From NCBI GenBank assembly GCA_904063045.1, contig CAJFCJ010000019.1, positions 796,570-860,569 of the forward strand: DNA of 64,000 nt, in the 5' to 3' direction. Positions within the stretch are counted from its first letter, which is position 1. Every line of letters begins with the position of its first letter. Under the pieces are notes generated by a model that saw only the letters and a list, made by a program, of their open reading frames with translations, was not told where the DNA came from and searched no databases. This DNA comes from Dimorphilus gyrociliatus (Eukaryota; Animalia; Annelida). Below, piece after piece: positions 26,565-40,900 of the stretch. The position numbers and the translations under genes were made by a program.

Positions 26565-26776
26565 AATGTTGTTACACTTAGCCTTAATAAATTTTTAGCC
26601 CAGAAAAAAAAACAATTTTGTTATACGTATCGTCGTTTATTCGTCTTTTTTCGGAATAAAAGGAAAAATTAAAAAAAAAAAAAAAGAAAAGAAACAAGGC
26701 TATGGTGGCAGAACGCAAACGCTTGTAAGCATCAACTTTGCATATAATAGAGATAGAGAACGAGAATTAGAGACTT

Positions 26777-29700
26777 TTAACACCAATCCTCATCGTCAGA
26801 TTCAGAATGGGCGTTAACAGTTGAAATAATGAAGTGAGTAGGCGACGGCGACAAGCGCGGAAAGTTCATAGAATTGGGCGACAAAACCAATCGTTGAGGC
26901 TGAGGATCAAGACGTAGCGTTGTAGGTTTGGCCAGAGGCGGTACTGCAGGAAGACGTCTGCGATTTAAATCGCCAGGTGATGGCGATCGAGAACGATCTG
27001 TCAGGTTCGTAGTGCCTCGGTATTCATCGCTTATAATTTCCCGGCTTAACGATGCCGACATTGTTGGAGAAGTCATGCTTGCATGTTGTCGCGGGTCGTC
27101 GCGTCCTGTTAAGTTTAATGTGTTGTAAATGAAAGTCATATGCATTAGAATAATAGATGAAAGCCGCTCCCCTAACAAACACCATCACCACAGCTTTTAC
27201 TTTTTTTACCTGCTTTATATACCGTTTATATAGTATATAAGTAAAAAGCTTCTTTATATATAAAATTCTGTTGATGTTAGGAAGTAGAGGGAAGGGAAGG
27301 AAATGGGATTAGATTACGGGAAGAGACTTATAGATACGAACCCTTAGGTTTATTATAACGACCTCGTCTATCGGCAGATGCTATATTATGTGCTTGATCG
27401 ACAATATCGGATACGGCGGAAGAAAATCCGATGTCGCGGGGAGAGGCAGATCGAGATGGAGGAAGTGGAGGTGGTGGATGATTAATATTCGGCGGTATAG
27501 GATGAGCTTGATGCTGATGATAGTTGCTAGGAGAAGGGTGTTGCTGATGATATTGCTGCTTTTGCTGTAACGACAGGATGTTATTTAGAGCCGATGACGC
27601 TGATTTCGTTATATTTGAGAACATGGATCCTATTCCGCCTAGCGCCACCGGAGGAGCCACAGTGTTTGTTACGCGAATCCTTTGAACGTTGTCGTTCAAT
27701 TCGTTTCGCGTAAATCCTACTGGAGGGGCATGTGTTGAATTAGCGATCGGTATTTCTGATCGTAAGACGGCAGTCCTTCTTTGACCCTAATTTATTTACA
27801 TTATACTCAATTAGAAGATTATAGATATCTTTTTGTAATCTCACTAGAGGAATCTAACTGTTAGGGTGAAAAGCTTTAGCACTCTGTGATTATGCACGAT
27901 TGTCTTATGTAAATATATTTTTTTTTTCTCAGTTTAATATTCCTTTTTTTTTACTAACCGTTCATGCTCGTTATAGCTATCTAAAGCTATAAAAACTGTA
28001 AACTAAAGGCCTACAAAATAAAAGATAATAGATACGTAATTTGCCTCTACTGTCCCGTGAACGGGCTAATAAAGGAGATCTGAAATCAAAGAATTGAGTT
28101 TTAAAGAACAAATAAAAAGCGTTAGTCGATAATGCTTTATATCTAAGGCTGCCCATTAATAATGCTGCAAAATGCGTTTTTTAATTATGATAACTAATAA
28201 AAAATAACTACAAGAAGTCGGAAAAGAAATGAAATTGGCTCTCTTCTACATTTTCTCTTCCCGTCACGCAAATTTCAATTATTAAAAATGGCTGGTTTAA
28301 ATAAGAGAAAAAAGATGGCTTTACCAAAAAATTAGAGAAAATAAGTGAATCGCGTGAAGAGAAAAAGGAAAACGTGCGAAATTATTCTGATAATGTCTAA
28401 ATGTGCGCATGCGTCAAACTTACACGTTCTTCATGAAGTCTACCCCTATTGGATACGTCCCTCATTTCATAGCCTTCACGCTAAAATGGAAAAGGTTAAA
28501 ATTAGAAAAACAGAATTCTTTCAACCCAGGGAGAATTATTTTAACCTTGTATGTAACTCCTTCGTCAACCTTCCGTCTCTGAGCAGAGCTGTTACGACGC
28601 AGAAAAAAGAATGAAGACCGTCTATTCATACTGTACAGGAAATTTATGACATGCATCAAAAATTTGCCGACAACATTCATCTTTTTTTTTTTTGCTAATT
28701 GTAAATTTTTAAAACTAGACAAGAAAAGATAATTTAATACAAGACAACAAAAAGTGAAAGGATACTTCTAAATTATGGGGCTATTTATAATCATAAACGT
28801 CTATATATATATATATATTAGTCTATATATAAATATATATATATATATTCAAATATGAATAAATTATACGCACAAAGCATAACTAAATTTATATACAGAT
28901 ATTAAATATAAATATTTATAGAATATAAGGAAGACCAACTTTTCAGCCCGATAGCCATTTTCGATGTCCGAGTGGGTTGAGTCTAAACTTTGATTGGATC
29001 GGGACAAAGAAGTCTTCATAACTCCCATTAGCCGATTTACGAATGATGGTGGTCTCTGTTTGTCAATAAAAGTCAATTAAGAACGGAAACATATATATAT
29101 AAAAGCTAAAAAATATATAAACAATTCTTTCACCAAGAGAATATATTATAAGTGTATATTTAAAAATATTTCCAAATAATAGAATATTGATATAAATATG
29201 GAGCAAAGAATAATAACTAAAAATAAAGCCCTATGCAACGAAATCAGGGCAAAAACGAATAAATTATGTATATTATCATGTATAAATATGGCGACGAATA
29301 ATTAAAAGAAAAAAAGTAGCATATGGTCTATTAAATATATTGGGATCTGGGTTTAATTGCACTACCTCTTCGTGCAAAATCGTACTATTTGTTGTCGTTG
29401 AATCGCAAAAGCTAGATTGTCTGCTCTGTGTCGAGTACAAATTATCTAAGACAAAAAGAAAAGAATGGGCAATGGGGTTAAGGATCGTCGACCGGAGAAT
29501 AAACGTGCTCGCCATACGCGCAATAACCTCGGCCATAATTGCTGAGATAGTAAAGAATTAAAGACTTTTTTAAATAAAAGAAGCCAAAAGAGAAAGAGAG
29601 AGACAGAAAAGCCAGCATGAGGAAACAGTTAGCTAGTTTTGATAATTCCTGTTAACTGTATATGATGTGTACAGCACTTTTTTTTAATAAGCAAGATGTA

Positions 29701-32700
29701 GGCAGATGAAAGAGATTTAAAGGAAGGATGCGGGGAAAATCTAGTAGATAGGTGGGTGGTTAAAGGAAAGGTGCATGCAAAATCGCAGTTTTTTAAAGGA
29801 TAAAAATATGAAAATATTGAAAAGATTAGAAAAAGAAAGGCTTGCCTCGGTTTCGGCAGAAGGGGAAGTTTCCTGCTGTGAAATTTTGTTTACTTTTAAG
29901 TTAAAGTGACAGGAAAGGAGGAAAAGGTTGAAACTGCAAGGTTTTGGGAGCTCTCCTAGTTAATATTATAAATTTGACTTACCGTTCCCTTAGCTTGATT
30001 TTGTTTATTAACTTTCCAATTTTCTACTATTAATAAACCAGCATAAATTTTTCCAACAGTCATTTTCTGCTGAGATAGCTCCTCATTTAGAGGCACGAGC
30101 AGACAAAGCATCTTCTTGGCTTGTATTGGCCACAATCGGGGAATTGTTTCACGCAACTCTTCATCTTTACGGTCCATTTCCTTACCTGGACCCATTTTAA
30201 TGCTTAAAGATTCACGAATAAGAGCAAAGAGAGTAGTAGTAAAATGAACAGTGCCATCTTCTGCCACTGGCATGTTCATCCGTATTAATTTTCTATAGGC
30301 TAACCGATAAGGACATTTTTTACCAAAACCTACAGGCGGTTCCATATTCCGAAGCATATCATACATGAGAGTATAATGGATTCGTCCACAAGCAGCCGGA
30401 TCCTTTTCCGCCCAAACTCTTATGTATTCGTCCAGATGATGAGGACCAAGAATAGATGAATCCCTCGTCAAGTAATCAAAATTATCCATAATAACCGCTA
30501 CGAACAAATTGAGCATAAGGAAAGAGCAAAGAAAGATAAACGTAATGAAGTATGGCACAGCTATATCCAGACCGCAGGTCATGGTAGAAGTTTGGCAGGC
30601 AGAATCAGTGCAAGTTATATTTTTTATCGCCTTCTCATCACACGGCTTCCCGGACATGCAAGATAACATAATCTGTTGCCAATTTTCTCCGGTTGCACAA
30701 CGGAATAGAAGTATTACAGATTGGAAAAAAGTTCGAAAATTATTATGGCGATTTATCTGAGTACTAGAGTTCAGGTCGATATTGCCAAAAACTTGCATTC
30801 CGATAATGGCGTAGATAAAGAAAAGCATCGCTATTAGCAAACAAACATAAGGCAAGGCTTTAAATGATTGAACAAACGTCCATAGCAGAATTCGGATAGT
30901 GTAGCCTTGACGCAGTAACTTAATTAGTCTGGCTGCTCGGAACAGTCGAAGAAATCCAAGAGAGATGAATTTACTCTGTTAAGGAGGAAAAACAATGGTA
31001 CCCTCGTTAATAATAAATGAAATTATATAGAATGGAATAAAATAAATAATTGTATGGATCTTATGCAAGCAACTCAAGTTAGTGTCTTTTCTAAATTCTG
31101 TCCTATATACAGTTACTGTCATGATTACGTAATTACGTAATATGTTTTTATTTAATGCCACTGCATTAAACTAAAATATAATAATGTAATATAACTAATG
31201 CATCGACAAAATTTTTTCAGTAAACAAAGACTGAACAAAAAAGTTCTACTATAAGATACGCGTCCCTCTCCACTGGCCAGGAACCGAACCAATAAATACA
31301 AACCAGATACATTAAGAAGCCATCATTGGACTCTTTGCCCAACATTCCTGCATTCTATAACAACATTCGAGTGACTTATAGCAAAGGAAAATGATGAAAT
31401 CAATAAGATCAAGTATCTAAAACTACTGGTAAAACAAGACGGAAGCGTTTCAAATGGCCACGTTTATACCTGTTTCCCATCAGGTGAACCTTCCGACGGG
31501 AACTGGAAATTTATATACCAGTCAGACAAAAACAACTCAAATTCACTATACTAGAAAATTGTTGTTGCTTTTTATTATTATTATTATTTGTTCACTAATA
31601 TATAACCATCAATACTGTTTAACTATATTAACAAAACTAATTTGAGGATAAATGCCTCATTGTGTGTTAGTAGAGACTTTAATTACAGTGCAAGATTATT
31701 TTCAACCTAAAAATAACGTATCGAATATTCAAGGCGATCTAAAAAAGTCATCACCACTTTAATCAGTGAGCAATAACATTTAATTTGTCGAATAATATGT
31801 AACTTTATCAACTGCAACAATATTTTTCACAATGATACACTTAATAACTTACTGCAACATTCGGCTGGAGAAAGAAACGTACTCTTGAGAGAAGTTTTAT
31901 AATAATAACAATAAATAATCATAATAACAATATTAACTTGTTAAAATATAATAATAATCATAATAATCAGATTACTGTAAAGCTACCCGATATATAATAT
32001 AGTAATTTTTTACAATGATTAAAACATAATTGAATAACTAAATATTAAAAAAAGTGAAAGGAGAGGGAAAATAATTTCTTATCGTTTTATTTTTTTGCTT
32101 TGTTTTTGTTTCTTTAAAAAAAAACACTATTCATCTCTGCTTTATTGCAGAATTAAAGAGTTAAGGAGATAAAAAAAGAAAACAATAGAAAAAAAAAAAA
32201 GTAATTTTTTTCTTTTCAATAAAACATATATAAATATACAGTATATAAATAATTCAAAGAATCTATAATATTTCTATATGTTTATTTCTTTTCTTTTTTA
32301 TATATTTTAAGAGTTTATAAATTATTTAGAAAATTTGTAATTAGAAAAGAGATATATTGATATACTTAGTTGTAATTATTTACCTGTAATTCGGTTACTA
32401 GTACATCAGTAATGCTTCCTATCACTGTAATAAAATCGAACACGTTCCAAGAATCGCGGAAGTAATTCTGAAATTGGTAAAACTCATCTTAATATTATTA
32501 GTTGTATGATGAATAAATAACACTAACAAAATTTAACCCAAGTCTTATTAAAAATATATGCTATATATATACTGTATATAAATAGGATATAATCCGTTAT
32601 TAAAAGAGATAAGGTAAAGATTAAGGATTATATTTCTTCATTTTCCAAAGATAAAGTTTTTATCATCTATTTATTTTAAAATACAAAAAAAGAAGCTGAT

Positions 32701-35700
32701 AAATAACTAAGGAGTATATTAAAAAAGTGCAATTCCCACTTCCACTCTCCTTCTCTCTCTATCTCTCTCTCTAACTCTCTCTAGCTTTCTCTTTCTCTGT
32801 TCTAAACCAAAAATTAATTCTTTTTTGAAATTTGATTATACTCTCCCTCCTTTATTTTCTAAACCCAAATGGAATAAAAGTAAAATATGAATCGCATTAT
32901 TATAATTGACTTTGAAACTATTTAGTTCGTTCTGGTCTATTGAATTAATGACTATTTTTTTTAAATAACACGAAAGAAAATCTCTATTTGCATTAATTAT
33001 CCCATTAAAACTCATATTTCATTCAGATATCTATTATATTCAATTAGATATTGCTTCCTCTATTGCAGAGGACTATTAAGTTGGGAATTTTGTCTTTATC
33101 TCAGTCCAGTTTTTTTCCTGAATCTGGGTATTAAAAATTTACCATCTTATCCATTTTGTATGTTAAGTCTACCTTACCTTTGTATAATAAGTTGATCAAG
33201 GTAAAATTCTAAACCTCTTTTGATATATATATATATTGTATATCTATGGCTGCAATACATAAATCCGGTAAAAAAAGAGGAGTGATGTTCTCAATAGAAA
33301 AGCATTCTTTCTAACGCTATTAAATATTGATTAAAAGTTGACACAGTACTAATATTTCTCATTTCCTTATTCGAGTACAGGAAAGTATATTTATAAGTAT
33401 ATATATATCTCCTGACATCCTGAACTCTTGTACTATGTGTAACAACCTCATCTCTTAAAAATTTATATATAGTATATATAGCAATATTATACACAAACAC
33501 TTAATTCATGTCAATACTTAAAAACTATTACTTAAGGATGAAATACGGAATCATTTTACTAAATAGTGACAGAGTAAGAATCATATGCACTAAATAGTTA
33601 TACATTGAAATGAAGAAATGCAAAAGGATAAAGGAAGCAACACAAAAAAGTTGACGTATATTAAGTGAAAAGAAAAACTGTATATATATATATAAATAAT
33701 ATTCATATTTGTTAAAAAAATGCTATAGAAATTAGAATATTATTAATATAATAATAATAATAATAATAATGAAATATTAACTAAATAACAGCTAGTAACA
33801 ACAGAATCGTCCACAAGGGATAGCATATGCCTAAATATAAAATAAAATTATAAATAGGACATGAGTGTTATCCCTCCTGAACGCTAGAAGTTTAACCGCC
33901 ACCTTAGGTCCGAACGCGATAATCTTCAATACACATTCGATAGAAAAAAGTATAGTGAAAGCCATATTTAGGTAACCAAGTATGCTGTTATAGCGTAATA
34001 AATCATCCGTCTCCTGTTTATAATACTGAAAACCAAGAAAAGCAGATAGAAACACTCGTGATCCTCTCCAACAATATTTGTCTATTAATATTGTTTTTGT
34101 TGAATATAATAAATAAATAATTGATTGAATTCAAGTTTTTTTTTGCATAACACGCGCAAAAAAATTGTGCAGATGGAGAAGAGAAGAACTCAGTAAATCA
34201 AAAATTCTAAGACTAAGAATAATCCTAATAACAATAAGATCATATATACTAATATATATATATATATATGGACATTTGTACTAAAAAATGCGAAGGAAAT
34301 CCGCCACCTTGCCATTTTACTCGTCTTACCCTAATGCCGAATGCCATCATTTTGAAGATACATTCGATGGTGAAAAGTACCGTAAAGGCTATATTCAAAT
34401 AACGGAGAACTTTGCTGTACGTATCTGATTGTCCATCCACCTGCACTTACATTTTGGGATAATCGGTTTGCATGGTATATGTTTGCATAATAGCATTATG
34501 TTAAGTGACAGGATATATAAATTTATGTCAAATCAATAATATAAGTGTAAAATAACCGTACATACCTTCATCATGAGAATTATGGTATTTAACGCAATCA
34601 TAACCATAATAAAGTACTCAAAAGGTGCCGAGACAACTATTCGCCAAATCCGATATTTAACTGATTGTTTGTTCTTGGGCATATAACGGCAAAGAGGACG
34701 GGCGTTAATGGCGAAATCGATACATTGTTTCTGTAAAACGTCTTATTGATTTTTCTGTCCTTGGTAAATTAAACATGTTGCGTATTACCTGGTTTTTATC
34801 AAGATCTTGATCGACCAGTTCATTTTCACCTTGTTCTTGGAATGTAATGATAATCAAAGCGACGAATATGTTAATAAAGAAGAAAGGAAAGACTATAAAG
34901 TAGACCACGTAGAAAATTGCCATTTCCATTCGATATCCGGGTGACGGACCCCGGTTCTCGTATGTAGAATCCATTGAGTGCTTTAAAACAGCAGGCCAAC
35001 CTTCACCAGTTTGCACCGTGAAAAGAGTCAGCATAGCAGCAAGAACATTGTCGTAATGAAAATCCCATCTATTCCATTTTCTATCATCTACACTCGGTAT
35101 ATTTTTATTCTTGTCATAAACAAAATATTGTCCTTGACATTCTGTCTTGGTATTTTTTGAAGCATCCGTACAATAGAAGAATCTCCCTTTGAAAAGTTGT
35201 ACGGCAATAACAGCAAAGATGAATTGAAATAAAAGGTAGACAATCATTATATTTAAAACATTCTTCAAAGAATTAACTACACAATCGAAAACGGCCTGCA
35301 AGGGGTAGTTAAGTATTAGAATATTTCATTGTTCCGTTACCCAGAAACTTTCTGGCAAACCTTTAGTTTAGGGACCCTATTAATTGTCTTTAAAGGTCGA
35401 AGTACCCTAAGGACTCTCAACGACTTAATGGTATTCAAATTCTTTCCGGCACTTGTGCTATCCCTGTAATAAGCAGAAAATGATACGAATATTAGTTTAA
35501 GTTGAGAATCTTTTTCCCTTCTCAAGTATTATCACTCTCTCGTTCTCATTAGTATTTATGCCTTGCCCAAACCGGAAATGAATAAAAAAAAATAAAAGAA
35601 ACAACGAATCAAAAACGAAAAAGCTTTATACTTGCAAAGTGTCAATAATATATTAATACATTAATTTTGAGAGTTTTATCACTTTTCCTTTCAGAAAAAA

Positions 35701-37871
35701 AACATTTAACACTTACGTAAAGATGAAGGCTACCAAGGCGCAAATTACTACAGTGGCATCCAATATATTCCATAGATCACGGCAATAGGAGCCCGGATGG
35801 AAAATTACGCCCAAATCGACCACCTATAAGAAATACCACCACCAGGTGCAAAGTGTAAGAATCATTGTTTATTCTTTTGTTCTTTTTTTTTGTTCGATAA
35901 TTTTCGCGCGCAAAAAAAAAAAAACCAATGTATCGGTTTTTTTGTCGTGTTATGTTTATTTTTAATTTTTATTTATAATTTAAACAAAAAGAAAAAAAAA
36001 GAAAAGAATTGAAGGTGACATGCTGGGCTTGTGCTAAATATTGGCGGTAGCGAACAAAAGAACGACAAAACTCATGCAAATTGGAGATACATAAAAAAAA
36101 TTAATAACTTACACAAAAGCGTACGCTGTAAGGGCACACACAACGACGGTAGCGTCGAGAACATTCCACAAGTCTCTGAAGTAAGACCCTGGATGAATGA
36201 TCATTCCAAGGTCTATGTTCTGTTCAATTGAGTGATAGGTGATATAGGAGATTAAAATAAAAAAAATTGTAAAATAAAAATGAAGCTTTTCTTTTGTTTG
36301 TTTGTTTGTTCTTTCCTTCTTTTGTTTTTTAAAAATATAACAAATTAAAATATTCAACAGCAAAAAAAAACTAAGGAGGAGGAGGAGGGAGAGTAAAAAA
36401 AATATTTAAAATGAAGAAAGATAGCAAATATAAGGAAATGGAGTAGAAAAAAGATGAATAATTAGAAACGGCGCAAAAGTTCTTTGTACTTCTTTGATTA
36501 AGTATAGAAAAAAAATTTTATTTTTTTTTTTCTACAAACCTTCAAGATCATCTCTACTGTAAAGACTCCAGTAAATACATAATCGAAGTAATTTAATATT
36601 TTATTTCTATAAGACTTCTCATCTACTGGATCTTCTGCTGCAAGTGCAATGGAAGACGCACAAATAACGATCATGATGAATAGATCGAAGTAGCGTAAGT
36701 TAACCACAAAGTGGCAAAAGCGTCGAATACTATATATGTATGAGAAAAAAATTGAAATTAATAGGATTAATTAAACTAAAGGTGGCACTACTCCCCGCCC
36801 ATTGGGAATATCACTATGCATTTTAATTAGCACTTACGGATTAGTTGGCCCGAAGATAAACATGGAGGAATAAGGCAGCATAGGTTTCGGACCAGTAAAC
36901 GTTTGTTCTCCCTCGCCTTCTTTTTCGCTTCCGTCGCTACCATCGTCTTGAGAGAGGGAAAGAAAAAAAATTGGTACCCGGCCGACGACAAGTTAAAAAA
37001 ATCTCTTACAGTTGCAAGAGTAAAAAAAACACACGCAGGAAAAAAAATACTCACCGCTCTCAGCGTCTTCTCTGGCTTCAGTCTCACTTTTTCCAGAGGC
37101 TTTCGCTTTGTCAATGTTACTCTTATTATTTGACGCCTGATCAGTACTGAAAGAGATGCTGTCATTGAACCGACGCTTAGCTTTCGAATCGTGCAAAAAA
37201 AGTAAAGTATTTTTACAAATATAACCTAATACCCCAATAAATTGGTTAATAAAATTAGAGTTTGTAGGCCTACAAACGTGCCTATACTAATTAATTTCTT
37301 CACCATTACGCCACATAATTTCCCTTGAAACAAGCCAATTCAATATAGCGTTGAGCTGAAACGTTTCCGATTAACGCCATTAACGTTTTACTCTTTTTTC
37401 TACTTTCTAATCTACGTGGCTGTAATTTTTTTCCAGACAAACTACGCCTAAAGAGTTCAATAAAGGAGAACAATATAGAACAATCATTATCCTAGCCGCC
37501 TACAGATATACAATGTATACAATATACACTGTAAAAAATATAATACGCTGTATATGTGGATATTATAATAAGCGTAGGAATACGTATAGTTAGATATAAA
37601 ATATATATACCTATTGACATATACATATATATATATAATAAACAATATAGTGTTGCGATCTTTAGATATGACGGTCTATCTATCTGTCTGTCTGTCTGTC
37701 TCTCCGTCTCTCTCCCTCTCTCTCTCTCTCTCTCTGCATATATTTATTTTTATTTATTCATATTTAAGTAAAGTTTGTGTATAAACTACTCATTCTAATA
37801 AGTATATATCTATTTATTAAAGTTATATATATATACAGCAATCCAGCATATAGTGTAGGTATACGAGTGTA

Positions 37872-37903
<32 letters not shown>

Positions 37904-40900
37904 CTAATATATATATGCGAGTGTATGCTGTTCCCAGTGAATTCGATTAGGATTGTTCGAAATCGATATATATGTTATACAGCCGTGCATCTATAAGAAT
38001 TTTTTTTTATAATATACGATATAGAAATTTAACACGCAGCGTTCATCAATTGAAAAAAATTGATAACTCACTAATTAAAGTTCCCAGTCTTAGGGTCTTT
38101 ATTGTTCTGCGGTGACGGTGGACAAATGTTCACCATAGGAGCTCCTCCTGCTCCAATTCTCATATGTGCTGGAGGAAAACTAGTTGGGAATTGCTCCCTC
38201 ATATCCAGTTGCGATTGTTCTTCTTTATTATTCTGATTTAAAAAACCGGAAATTAGTCGGTTAGGAAAGCTTTTGTACAAAGAACAAAAGGATAGATTCA
38301 GCCATTAGATGAAGAGTTTTAAAAAATTGCTAATTGGCTAAAAAAGAAGAGAACTCGTTAAAGCATGCGAACCGCCAGCGTTGAAAAGAGGAAAAAAAGT
38401 AGAAAATAAAGTAATTATTAATCGGATGTGCATTAATCAAAGCGTACTTCGACCTGTGCAACGTGAGAATGACTGTCAAATTGTTGGGCAACTTCGTCTT
38501 TCACCTCCTGCCGTCTCTAAAAAACACGACATAACCACTACTACAACTTTTGTTGGAAGGGGTAGGGAGATAATGATTTTGTTATATTGAATGATTATGA
38601 TTAAGGGCTGATATGCCATGCTAATCTACAATGATTTTAAGCCCATATAAACAAACCTTTTCTTCTTCTTCATCAGCTTCCTCTTCGGCAGCGGTTAATT
38701 CCTGAGCATTTGCCAAGTTATCGACGGCGATAGCCAAGAAAACGTTGAGCAGTGTGTAGTTGCCAAATAATACGAGAACGATGAAATATGAGCAATAGAC
38801 CATTCCTCCACCATGAATTCCTCCCTGAGACTGTATGCCGTTGTACATAACTTCGTTCCAATCTTCTCCAGTTAGTATTTGGAAGACTGTTAACAAGGCT
38901 ATAGGGAACGTATCGAAGTTACTAGAGGGTCTGCCTCCTGGAAAATTCCATTCTCCTCCAAATAGCTGCATCCCGAGTAGAGCGAATATAAGAATAAACA
39001 AGAAGAGAAGGAACAAGAGCGATACGATGGATCGCATGGAATTGAGCAATGATACAACGAGGTTCCTCAATGATGCCCAATACCTAATGCGAATTAGGAG
39101 AAAAAAATAATCGATTATACAAATTCGTTGCACGTTATTGCTAAACACACGCAATATTAATAGGGAAATATACGACGCATTGTAATAAGCGTTGTATAGG
39201 ATGTTTACTTATTCGATCGCTTAAACGATGCGTCGTTTCTTTTTTTATAGAAGAAAAAAATAAAAATAAAAAATTATAGAAGGTTTTTAAGTCACAACAA
39301 CAACCTGGTAACTTTGAATATTCTTAGTAATCTGAGGGAGCGAAGGACACTAATCCCGAAAGAAGTTGAGTTGAACTGGTTGTAGATAACTTCGATGATC
39401 GAACCGAATATTACCTGAAAACCGTGCTAATTTACAGACAACACTAAAGGGAAAATAAACCGTAGATTGTTTTTTATTTCATATTTTTTTTAAAGGGAAA
39501 GAGGCATCAATATGGTAATAGAGATTAGGGATTCTAATACAGTTAAGGGACTGTAAGTAAGGGAAGGTAGGTGCGCAATTCGCTAACGATGACGAAGATC
39601 AATTCGTTCTGTTATTTACAAAAGCTCCCGTCATCTTTAGACGTCCCTCTTGCTCTCTCTCTCTCTCTCTCTCTCTCAGGCTTTCTGTCTTTCTTTTTTT
39701 CTCTCTCTCATTCACTCACTCACCCAGTCACTCACTTACTCAGTCACTCATTCTCTTTCTCTCTTTCCCTCTCCCTCTCTCTCTCTCTAATGGTATTTGC
39801 CTTTTTCTCTTTCAATAGAGAAATTATCATTTATGTGAAATTTTTGAAAACACGGCAAAAAAATAAGTAACAATGTATGTTGTTGGTTTTGTTTACATGC
39901 AGAAAAGGGATAAAATAATGAAAGAAAGAAGACAAAGTTAAGAAGAAGATTGAAAAAAATAGCAATTATAGTAATAATAATAATTCATGCACAACACTTT
40001 GTCTGTGCACGCACCTCGTCACTTTGAATATCCTGAGAAGCCGTAAAGCGCGTAGCACCGACACGCCGAATGACGTGTCCGAGCGGAATTCCGACCAGAT
40101 CACTTCGAATACACTGCCCACGATGACCTAACGCGGTGCATATTTAATAATACGAATGTTTTTTGTTTGTTTGTTTGTTTGTTTTTGCTTAAGGAGCGAT
40201 AGAAAAAGGAGAAGAAGCATTTTAACCGTCACCGTTAGAAAAAGGTGATGAATGGTTGCAAAAAACCCTACATTTTTAGTATTATTGTTAGATATAGGCG
40301 TTGTTAAATAATGCAACATTTACTAGCGCATCGACGGACTATATTTTCACCATGGTAACGGTCCCAATGCGCAAAACGTTTGCCCGAATAGGCCAGATTT
40401 TTTTTCTATTACAACTTCTCTACTGAATATATATATATATATATACTTACCACACAGTCGAAGATATTGAACGAAGACTGAAAGTACATATGAAAACCAA
40501 GGCCGTACATTTTGAATATCACCTCAAATATGAAAAGACTGAGGAACACAAACTCTGCAAAGTCTGCAACGCGATATTTATGAATGAAAATTAGTTGAGA
40601 GTAAATCATTCTTTCCTTACATAGAAATTTTGTTAGCCATTCCGGTTGTCCGTAATGTTCGACTGCTACGCAAAATGTATTGAGAAAGACCAGCACTATA
40701 ACCAACCAATAAAACGTTTGGCACTTAACGATCCGTCGAATCGTAAATCTGTTAATAGTTTCCGATTAATTCGTTATCTAATCAAGGGGAATAAAAAGAA
40801 GAAAAATGTAAGAGCAGATCTTTCGTCATACCTAAACGATTTCTCAGCTCTCCAACATCTAGCGCAGCTTCCCTTATTCTGCTTAGATTTAACCCCGTAG

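Noticed and set aside
33176-33210. Possible 31-nt exon with a strong GTAAGG donor in the Cav2 IVS2-S3 intron
   Set aside because: Not frame-preserving and not homologous to neighbouring exons.
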